From: a bacterium
GTDB taxonomy: Bacteria > Patescibacteriota > Patescibacteriia > JACQRZ01
Length of the DNA stretch: 64,000 nucleotides
Assembly (NCBI GenBank): GCA_030688365.1
Contig: JAUYIE010000003.1
Span: forward strand, 30,417 to 94,416
Direction of reading: 5' to 3'
The notes beneath the pieces were generated by a model. The model made no database searches. It saw only the letters and a list, made by a program, of their open reading frames with translations, and was not told the origin of the DNA. Within the stretch, counting starts at the first letter, position 1, and the number at the start of each line of letters is the position of its first letter. Both the position numbers and the translations under genes were made by a program. Below are positions 8,578-15,908 of the stretch, one piece after another.

Positions 8578-8652
8578 TGGTGCTCTCGCCAGGAGTCGAA
8601 CCTGGATTGCAAGATCCGCAATCTTGCGTCCTATCCATTGAACGACGAGAGC
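8578..8652 (-). tRNA. tRNA-Arg, anticodon read as GCG.
   Basis: Hand-folded cloverleaf on the minus strand: GCTCTCG-TC-GTTC/AATGGATA/GGAC-G-CAAGA/TTGCGGA/TCTTG-CAAT-CCAGG/TTCGACT/CCTGG-CGAGAGC-A-CCA. It has a GTTCGA T-loop and an encoded CCA. Confidence 0.75.
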
Positions 8653-8675
8653 ATAGTTACAATATATAAATCTGA

Positions 8676-9158
8676 TTATAATCGAAGTCTGCGAGTGAGC
8701 CAATCACCTAATGGTTCGTTGACATACTCGTTGCTTTCTTCAAGATAATCACAAAGAAAATCTCGCACTTCTCGCACTTCATGTTCGCGATGTGTATGCA
8801 ATGGAATCTTTACGACATGTTTCATTCCCCGTTGTGTCTGCACATACAACACATGCCCCACTTCTGTCTCTATGATCCAAAATGACTCAATATCAGTAAA
8901 TGGGTACCGTTGTTTTCCTAATGAAATACCCTCGGGTGAGAGAATGCACTTGATTTGAACCGGCGTCTGAAGAGAATGCGCAAACAATATGATCGTTACC
9001 ATGATAATCAAAAGTGGAAACGTAAAATTTTGTTGAGAAACACTCCACACCACCAAAAGACCTACTACAAGACCCGCAATAACATACCAAGATGTACTGC
9101 GATGAGGTATTTCATATTCAGGAAATGACCACTCTAACGTTGTATGATGTTTTTGCAT
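8676..9158 (-). CDS. Membrane protein of 160 aa with 2 TM segments, sitting between two tRNA genes. Hypothetical.
   Basis: Hydrophobic segments YVIAGLVVGLLVVWSV and LLIIMVTIILFA. No motif recognised. Confidence 0.4.
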   Translation of the reverse strand: MQKHHTTLEWSFPEYEIPHRSTSWYVIAGLVVGLLVVWSVSQQNFTFPLLIIMVTIILFAHSLQTPVQIKCILSPEGISLGKQRYPFTDIESFWIIETEVGHVLYVQTQRGMKHVVKIPLHTHREHEVREVRDFLCDYLEESNEYVNEPLGDWLTRRLRL

Positions 9159-9174
9159 GGGAAATCGTTTATTA

Positions 9175-9266
9175 TGGCGGAGAGGGAGAGATTCGAACTC
9201 TCGAGGAGCTTTTACACCCCCAACACCTTAGCAGGGTGCCGCTTTAAACCACTCAGCCACCTCTCC
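9175..9266 (-). tRNA. tRNA-Ser (GCU), class II with a long variable arm, 92 nt.
   Basis: Minus strand: GGAGAGG-TG-GCTGAGTGGTTTAAAGCG-GCACC/CTGCTAA/GGTGT-long variable arm-GAGAGTTCGAATCTCTC-CCTCTCC-G-CCA. The anticodon loop is CU-GCU-AA. Confidence 0.8.
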
Positions 9267-9306
9267 ACACCCTTGCACATAACGATACCATTCACTGATA
9301 ATATCG

Positions 9307-10041
9307 TCAACGGACAGGCGTATGGCGAGGTGGTATACCATGCGCGAATACAAGGGCGGAAATCTTCTCTGCACCAGCCATGCGCAATGCACGTGCTGCT
9401 GATCTGAGTGTAGCACCAGTTGTGGTCACATCATCAACTAAAATAATTCGTTTAGGTATATCACGAGTACACACCACAGAATAAACGTCTTCCATATTTT
9501 CCCATCGTGCAGACACGCCCAACGTTGCTTGTGGGGCACGTGCTACTGTGCGTATCAACAATCGTGAATATATTGCTCTTTGACATACCTGCGCTATACC
9601 TTGTGCTAGACATAGAGATTGATTAAATCCTCTCTCTTTGTAACGTATTTTATCCAGTGGTATCGGCACAATAGCATCCGTATCGCTATATTCATCAATC
9701 ATACGTGAACCCAAAATGATACCAAGATCCATGCCCAATGCTTCTCTATACCCATACTTTAATGTATGTATCATATGAGCGATGTGCACATCATCATAGC
9801 GATATCCTATCCATAGATCATCTAAACCCCAAAGTCTTGAGCAACTCTCACAAATATTTGATCGTTCGCTTGTCCCACGACACCACGCGCACACGTTTTG
9901 AGGCCATGACGTCAGAGTATAGACACATTGGCTACACAAAAAAGCGCCTTCTGTATTACAGACGACGCAAAGACGCGGAAAAAGAATATCCCAAAATACA
10001 TCTCCAACACGATGTAGCGTATTGCTCAAAAATCGTTGCAT
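9307..10041 (-). CDS. comFC: ComF-family (ComFC) phosphoribosyltransferase-domain competence protein.
   Basis: N-terminal double Cys pairs (CVVCNTEGAFLCSQC ... CAWC...CESC). C-terminal PRTase motif ILVDDVTTTGATL. Its start overlaps the stop of the upstream gene by 1 nt. Confidence 0.75.
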   Translation of the reverse strand: MQRFLSNTLHRVGDVFWDILFPRLCVVCNTEGAFLCSQCVYTLTSWPQNVCAWCRGTSERSNICESCSRLWGLDDLWIGYRYDDVHIAHMIHTLKYGYREALGMDLGIILGSRMIDEYSDTDAIVPIPLDKIRYKERGFNQSLCLAQGIAQVCQRAIYSRLLIRTVARAPQATLGVSARWENMEDVYSVVCTRDIPKRIILVDDVTTTGATLRSAARALRMAGAEKISALVFAHGIPPRHTPVR

Positions 10042-10652
10042 TATTCTTTCCAGTCCACCGAATCAACGAGCCACACGCTCCCTTCTTTCATCATCTGTAT
10101 GGTCGCATCTTGATTATACACCTTACTATTTGTCACCGTGCCAACTGATTCCTTTCTTTGTACTGTCATCGTGATTTGGGCATCAATATCATTCATGCTT
10201 GCAACATGATACGAAAGAACAGTGGTGGTCGTACCTGCATAAATGGGTTGATACTCTACACTCTTCACTTCAGCAATCTTGTCTGTTGCCCATGTTTTCA
10301 ACGACTGTGTCATAAATGGTAACAATATCTCCAGATTTTTTCCGTTTCCTTGATTAGAAAAACTTCCCAACCGCTCAACAAACGGCACCGCTATAGCAAT
10401 CAAATCCGATTCTGCAGGTTCTAGCGGTGTCGCCGGTACTCGCGCCGCAGGATTGTCTGTCGTCGACGTAACAGGAGTTGTATCTGTACGTACAGTAGTG
10501 GTATCTTGCGGGGTTACTTGTGTTTGTTCATCTTCAGGCAGTGGCGTCTGTGTGTTATCGGGCCTCATAAAAATAATTGCACCGACAATCGCGAGTACCA
10601 CAACAATACCACCCCCAATGAGAATAAGTTTTGTCCGAGTTGTCATAATCAT
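10041..10652 (-). CDS. Membrane-anchored protein of 203 aa with an N-terminal TM helix and a Thr/Pro-rich linker. Hypothetical component of the T4SS-like operon.
   Basis: TM segment LILIGGGIVVVLAIVGAIIF. Low-complexity TPQDTTTVRTDTTPVTSTT. Translationally coupled to comFC. Confidence 0.45.
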   Translation of the reverse strand: MIMTTRTKLILIGGGIVVVLAIVGAIIFMRPDNTQTPLPEDEQTQVTPQDTTTVRTDTTPVTSTTDNPAARVPATPLEPAESDLIAIAVPFVERLGSFSNQGNGKNLEILLPFMTQSLKTWATDKIAEVKSVEYQPIYAGTTTTVLSYHVASMNDIDAQITMTVQRKESVGTVTNSKVYNQDATIQMMKEGSVWLVDSVDWKE

Positions 10653-10665
10653 ATAATAAATATTA

Positions 10666-12543
10666 TTATTCTAATCCTTTTTCTTCTGCAAATTCTTCCT
10701 TTGCTTCCTCAATCTCCAAAAGCTGGCGCGGGTCAGTCGTAATCAGCTGATCTTCAGCATACGATGCCACTACTTTGATAGCCGCATGTTTCTGTCCAGC
10801 GAAGAAAATACCTTCCCCGGGTGCTGATTCAAGCAATAGATATTTCTCTCCTTCTGTAAGTAAAAATGTTTCCTGAATCAAATCTATGGACGCAGTAGAT
10901 TGTTTTAACAAAAGTTGAATAGCCGAGTTGGTCAAAATCGCCTTGCCGTATTGAGAACCAAGAAAATCGTTTACATCTTGAGTGATGGTGGTCAATCCCA
11001 AATAATATTTACGACATCGCTTTGCAAGCGCGTACACAAATTTTGCCGAATCCTCGTGTTGCATCAACCACCACGCCTCATCAATAACCAATATACGTTT
11101 TTTCATTTCCGAGCGCACGACGTTCCAGATATAGTTTACCACCGTATAGATGGCAATCGGTCTCAATTCGTCTTCCAAATCACGAACAGAAAATACAACC
11201 AATTGATTCTTTGTATCTACGTTCGTCGGTTTATTAAACAATCCAGCGAACGTGCCTTCAGTATATTTTTTTAGCTTCGCAACCAGTTCTCCCCCGCCTT
11301 CCATACCTTCCAACACATCTTGAAAATCGCTCATTGTTGGAGATTCTACGCCTTTGCTGAGATCCACATCTGGTGTGATATCTTTCTTTGCGTATGTTTC
11401 AATAAGAGCGCGATCAACAATAGAATCTTCTTGTTGAGTAAATGACCCTAACATGAGACGGAATAATCCTTTTAACATAATAACTGCACTTCGGATTGTA
11501 TCTGCTGTGGAGGTGGTATCGCCTACAGGTCGTGGTAAGTCAAACGGATTGATACGTGCAGTTGAAGAAAGTGCGATATTGATATATGTTCCACCAACTG
11601 CTTCGCATAGATGTTGATACTCGCGCTCCGGATCAATCACGATTACGTCCGTCCCCAACATCATTGAACGCAGAATTTCCAGTTTGATTGCGTAGGACTT
11701 GCCGGCGCCAGATGTCGCAAACACCACAGAGTTTGCATTCGGCATTGAAAAACGATCAAAAATAATCAAGCTATTATTATGTCGATTGATGCCGTACATT
11801 ACCCCGTTATCTGATGTTACATCCGAAGACACAAATGGAAATGATGCGGCCGCAGGCGACGTATTCATATTAAAAGGAATCTGAAGTTCATCAGAACCTA
11901 CTGGTACAGTAGAATTGTATCCTTGTTCCGCCTGATATAATACTCGTTTTGTATATACCATCTTTGCCGCATACAACGCCTCCACATCCTCCGTCAATTT
12001 ATTCAATTCATCCAGTGTTGATCCATACAACGTCATATACATACCGACAGAAAAAAAATGTTCAGTGCCAATCGTCAGGTCGTCACGCAATTTTTCGACG
12101 TCAGACATAGCACTTTCGGCCATTGGATCACGTGCCTTACCTTGTTCCTGTGCGGTAGAAATCTCCGCTTCCAAGCGTCCTACTTTCTCTTTGAGCTGTT
12201 TCAAAACGTATCGAGCGGGCAATGGTGAAAAATGCAATGCAATATCAAACGTAGCACTGTAATTAATGATATCTGCAAACCAACCGACGTTTAAATACCG
12301 AGGATACCCGACAACAAAAACAGTACGAGCATACGCGCTTCCAATACGTACATAATTTGACTGTACTTCCAGCGCGGACGGAGCGATTAAGTCACGGATA
12401 GTCAAAATCCCCTTCCTATATCTCAATTCTTCTTCAATGGCTTGCTTTTCATCTTTCACCTGCGCAGCATTGAGAGCTCGTTTCTCCTCTTCTATGGGAG
12501 AACGTCCTTTTTCGGAGATAGTTTGAATTGGTTGAAATGCCAT
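10666..12543 (-). CDS. virB4: VirB4/TrbE/CagE-family type IV secretion ATPase, C-terminal ATPase portion of 625 aa.
   Basis: Walker A: VVFATSGAGKSYAIK. Walker B: RILVIDEAWWLMQHED (the DEAW signature of VirB4). Also a downstream TTITQ motif. Confidence 0.75.
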   Translation of the reverse strand: MAFQPIQTISEKGRSPIEEEKRALNAAQVKDEKQAIEEELRYRKGILTIRDLIAPSALEVQSNYVRIGSAYARTVFVVGYPRYLNVGWFADIINYSATFDIALHFSPLPARYVLKQLKEKVGRLEAEISTAQEQGKARDPMAESAMSDVEKLRDDLTIGTEHFFSVGMYMTLYGSTLDELNKLTEDVEALYAAKMVYTKRVLYQAEQGYNSTVPVGSDELQIPFNMNTSPAAASFPFVSSDVTSDNGVMYGINRHNNSLIIFDRFSMPNANSVVFATSGAGKSYAIKLEILRSMMLGTDVIVIDPEREYQHLCEAVGGTYINIALSSTARINPFDLPRPVGDTTSTADTIRSAVIMLKGLFRLMLGSFTQQEDSIVDRALIETYAKKDITPDVDLSKGVESPTMSDFQDVLEGMEGGGELVAKLKKYTEGTFAGLFNKPTNVDTKNQLVVFSVRDLEDELRPIAIYTVVNYIWNVVRSEMKKRILVIDEAWWLMQHEDSAKFVYALAKRCRKYYLGLTTITQDVNDFLGSQYGKAILTNSAIQLLLKQSTASIDLIQETFLLTEGEKYLLLESAPGEGIFFAGQKHAAIKVVASYAEDQLITTDPRQLLEIEEAKEEFAEEKGLE

Positions 12544-12550
12544 ACAGTTA

Positions 12551-13249
12551 TTATGACTCTACTTGAATTTTAGAAACGTCCACCATTTTTTCTCGGGTTG
12601 CCACGTCAGGGTTATATGTATTGTAATACAATTCTATAAGACTCTGTGTCTCCAATCGCACTGCGTTTAATCCCATACTAGAAAGGCCGTTCATGACATT
12701 GCTGACTCGTTGTTCCAAAAGATGTTTTCTATCCTCAAATTCCTGGTGACTTAATGCCAATGCCCTGTTGGTAGATATAAGCGCCTTTACTTGAGGCCAA
12801 AAACCATTCTTCTTATCCGATACAGGATCATAGGGCACGACAATAAAAAATTTCTTACTTGTAATATCCGAAAGTTCAACCATTTCTGAAATAAATTGAC
12901 GGTAGTCGGAAATCTGTAAACGCAACAGATCATTTGTCTGCTCTTTTTCCTTTTTTTCTAGACTGGATAAATAGTTATCAATATCAAGATTACGAGACTG
13001 GATGACAATCTCCAACGGAAACTCAATGGAGTTAAGAAACTGCATATATCCTTGAATGGTAGCGTTTTGTTCTTCTTCTGACTTCAATGAGAAGTTCATA
13101 GACGATACCAAAAGCACAGCACGTAATGTACCGTCTTGCATTACCACTACCCCTTCATGAATCTCCGCCATAGGAAGATATTTCTGGGTTGCAGGCGTGG
13201 AATGCGTTGCGTGAGGCGATTTTTCAATTTTTCCTTTCGTATTGGCCAT
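12551..13249 (-). CDS. Probable VirB4 N-terminal domain encoded as a separate 232 aa ORF. This would be a split or frameshifted virB4.
   Basis: Begins with a motif typical of VirB4/TcpF N-termini: VVVMQDGTLRAVLLVSSMNFSLKSEEEQNATIQGYMQFLNSIEFPLEIVIQS. Its stop is 7 nt before the ATPase ORF start, in a different frame. Combined length is about 857 aa, which is normal for VirB4. Confidence 0.5.
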   Translation of the reverse strand: MANTKGKIEKSPHATHSTPATQKYLPMAEIHEGVVVMQDGTLRAVLLVSSMNFSLKSEEEQNATIQGYMQFLNSIEFPLEIVIQSRNLDIDNYLSSLEKKEKEQTNDLLRLQISDYRQFISEMVELSDITSKKFFIVVPYDPVSDKKNGFWPQVKALISTNRALALSHQEFEDRKHLLEQRVSNVMNGLSSMGLNAVRLETQSLIELYYNTYNPDVATREKMVDVSKIQVES

Positions 13250-13254
13250 GAGCG

Positions 13255-13728
13255 TTATGATGATTTTATGTCACGTTGATTCTCACCGTGGTAGGCACCA
13301 CCTGTATCAACAATCAACGAGAGTTCCGAAAGTCGTTGTGCCGATGCGCTATCTTTTTCGTGGGGCAGACGATTACGTCGTTCAGTTGCTTCCATTTCCA
13401 GTCTATCTGCTTGTGCTTTTTCTAATGCTTCCCATTCTTTTTTTGTCGGTTCTTTTTTCCAAATCCGCAAACGAGGACGCGTACCGGATTTTGCAATGTT
13501 CAAAACAAAAAAATGAAATGGCTGACCATTTATCTTCAAAAAAGCGACGGTGCCGGCAATCCCGGCAATAATAATGCTTCCCAAAATAAAATAAACGGTA
13601 TCGACGACTTTATATAAAATGAACATGAGACCAAACCCCGCGAGAATGATAAGAAATTGACGAACGCTAAGAAACCATAATATCTTATCTTCATTTTCAA
13701 TAAATTGTGGAACGGTAAACTTTTCCAT
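13255..13728 (-). CDS. PrgI/VirB3-like small 2-TM T4SS protein.
   Basis: 157 aa. The N-terminus MEKFTVPQFIENEDKILWFLSVRQFLIILAGFGLMFILYK and a second TM segment resemble PrgI-family proteins found upstream of VirB4 in Gram-positive-type T4SS. Confidence 0.5.
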   Translation of the reverse strand: MEKFTVPQFIENEDKILWFLSVRQFLIILAGFGLMFILYKVVDTVYFILGSIIIAGIAGTVAFLKINGQPFHFFVLNIAKSGTRPRLRIWKKEPTKKEWEALEKAQADRLEMEATERRNRLPHEKDSASAQRLSELSLIVDTGGAYHGENQRDIKSS

Positions 13729-13785
13729 GGTGTAGATACCTCGAGCGAGGTGAGTACATTATTATTGTACCACATTATCAGGTTT

Positions 13786-15897
13786 TCAGAAGCGTAACAT
13801 CTCATTGAGTTCCATAAGCGCGTCAAATTCTGCTTCTGAAAGTGCGGATTTTCCTTGAGTCGTACGCGTTGCTATTGTTTCTGCTATCCCCTTGCCTGAA
13901 CCAAAACTTTCCTGTCCGATCGTGGTGTATAGCGAATGAACCTCACTTTGTTTCCACGCGTTGATACCTGCAACTTTTTTTGACGCCGAATCTTTCTCTA
14001 ACAGTTTGATCTTTTGATAAATACGTTTTGTAGCGGCTTGGGGATCATTTGACAACCTTCTAAAATCTTTCAACGTAAATGCACGGAGTTCATCCACAGG
14101 ATCCATCAAACGAGGTGGTACTTTTACGTCGGTCAGAGGTACTGTATATAGTGATGGCGTTCCACCTTGACGTACCGTTATTTCACGCGGTGGGTTTTGA
14201 CGTGAAGACGCGACTGATGGTTTTGCTGGTGTTGCAAGAGTAGACGCGCCAGACGACAATTTTGGTGTTTGTGAATTTCGCGCGGATGGAGATGTATCAT
14301 GTGCTTTCTCAACAATCATTGGCACGCCATGGACATCTTCTATGGCAAGACGTGGTTTGGGTTGCGGTGTAGGTGTATCAGCGTGAGGTACTTGTGTCGT
14401 ACGACCGGATACGCCAAAACGAGGATGCTGTTTTATCCGAGAACGAGATCCGAGAGGATTACTGTTCGCAACTGGTTTTGAAACAGGAGATGATGTAGAA
14501 GAAGGAGTATCGCCTTTTTGTGATGCGGTAGGCGTAGGATCAGTAGACGCTATTGGCACCGATGGCTTCATGATGGCAAAGTCAGGAATATCTCCGTGCG
14601 CGATCATATCAGCATATTTACTTGCTTCTTTAGTAAGACGAATCGCCACTTTGTGATCAAATTGTTGACCCGCTTTTTCAAAGCTTTCTATCAAAAACTC
14701 TCGTGTTTCAATGGCATCGCGGATATCGCGTATGCGTTTTATAATAATATTGCGAGTCGTATGTAACAGTGTTGCGTCCGGGATATGCAAGTCAATCGTT
14801 TTTATTACTCTATCGGCAATGATTTCATAATCAATGGTTTGCATTGATGGTGTAGGTGACGATGGAGGTGGTGGTGTGGTATCCGAAACTGGGGACGGAG
14901 TATGACCAGCGGGTGCTGTCGGCGATGTATCCACTTTTGCATCCGTCGTATCACCGCCATCTTGCTCATCATCATAGTGTAATTGCTCTTTTTCTATTTG
15001 ATCAAGCATGTGCTCTGCCTTTTGCGCATCATAAGGCAGGAAGTGCCAGTCATCGGGAGGCATTGATGCTAGACTTCGCGGATAATTGCGAATCGTTGCA
15101 TATAGCTCACACAGCTGACGTACAAGTTGTTTATCTTCTGCAGATAAACTCGTGATATGCGAAGATGTACCCAAATACTTGGCGATATTAATAGATGACA
15201 GATTGTTTGCTGAAAATGAAATATAATCACGAAGCCAGTTTTGTACTGACGAAGATACTGTTTTCCCGTCCAACTCCAATCTACCTTGACTCACATTTTC
15301 TGTATTTGCCAATAATAAATCAGCAAGTTTCTTATTAAAATCATCAATATTTGCCAAACATATATACAAACTATGATCCAGTTTGTATTTCACCATATCG
15401 GAAGACTCACGAAGTATATGGACTATGCTATGAGAGAAGATATCCTCAAACGCCTCTGCTTCCGAAGCGATATTTTCTGGAGTATTCCGCTCTGCGAGTT
15501 CTTGGGCTGACTCTGTTATGACTTTTGTTAAATATGCAAAAACAGGACTGTGAGTAGCAGTTTCCATTGCCCCCCCTAATGTACTGATAATGGATGTCAA
15601 GTCGCCAAAAATATCAGAAAAAGGCGCGCATATATTGACAAGAAGTTCTTGTGTTGCAGTTTGAGCATGGTCAGCATCCAATGCCAACTCTGACTGCAAC
15701 GTTGTCATTAAGTCCGATGGCGCCAGTTCTTTGATAAACAAACGACGAATAATGCGTAAAAGAATCTCGTTATGATCATCGCCTATATCATATCGTTGAT
15801 TGAAATCAATCAAAAAGTTAACCACATCAATAGAGTTTACCGCGTCCTGGACGGTGATTGGCAATGTATGAAATTTTGAAATACTATTGTCTTGCAT
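13786..15897 (-). CDS. Hypothetical 703 aa protein with a long Thr/Pro/Ser-rich low-complexity centre. Encoded inside the T4SS-like operon.
   Basis: Low-complexity stretches (PTPTASQKGDTPSSTSSPVSKPVANSNP; TPSPVSDTTPPPPSSPTPS). No ATPase motif. Position in the operon is the only functional hint. Confidence 0.45.
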   Translation of the reverse strand: MQDNSISKFHTLPITVQDAVNSIDVVNFLIDFNQRYDIGDDHNEILLRIIRRLFIKELAPSDLMTTLQSELALDADHAQTATQELLVNICAPFSDIFGDLTSIISTLGGAMETATHSPVFAYLTKVITESAQELAERNTPENIASEAEAFEDIFSHSIVHILRESSDMVKYKLDHSLYICLANIDDFNKKLADLLLANTENVSQGRLELDGKTVSSSVQNWLRDYISFSANNLSSINIAKYLGTSSHITSLSAEDKQLVRQLCELYATIRNYPRSLASMPPDDWHFLPYDAQKAEHMLDQIEKEQLHYDDEQDGGDTTDAKVDTSPTAPAGHTPSPVSDTTPPPPSSPTPSMQTIDYEIIADRVIKTIDLHIPDATLLHTTRNIIIKRIRDIRDAIETREFLIESFEKAGQQFDHKVAIRLTKEASKYADMIAHGDIPDFAIMKPSVPIASTDPTPTASQKGDTPSSTSSPVSKPVANSNPLGSRSRIKQHPRFGVSGRTTQVPHADTPTPQPKPRLAIEDVHGVPMIVEKAHDTSPSARNSQTPKLSSGASTLATPAKPSVASSRQNPPREITVRQGGTPSLYTVPLTDVKVPPRLMDPVDELRAFTLKDFRRLSNDPQAATKRIYQKIKLLEKDSASKKVAGINAWKQSEVHSLYTTIGQESFGSGKGIAETIATRTTQGKSALSEAEFDALMELNEMLRF

Positions 15898-15908
15898 GGA
15901 AATAAATA

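Noticed and set aside
9144-9407. 87 aa plus-strand ORF overlapping tRNA-Ser
   Set aside because: It lies on the antisense strand of a well-folded tRNA and therefore looks spurious. The same reasoning applies to 54310-54525 over tRNA-Asp and 41773-42007 over tRNA-Leu.
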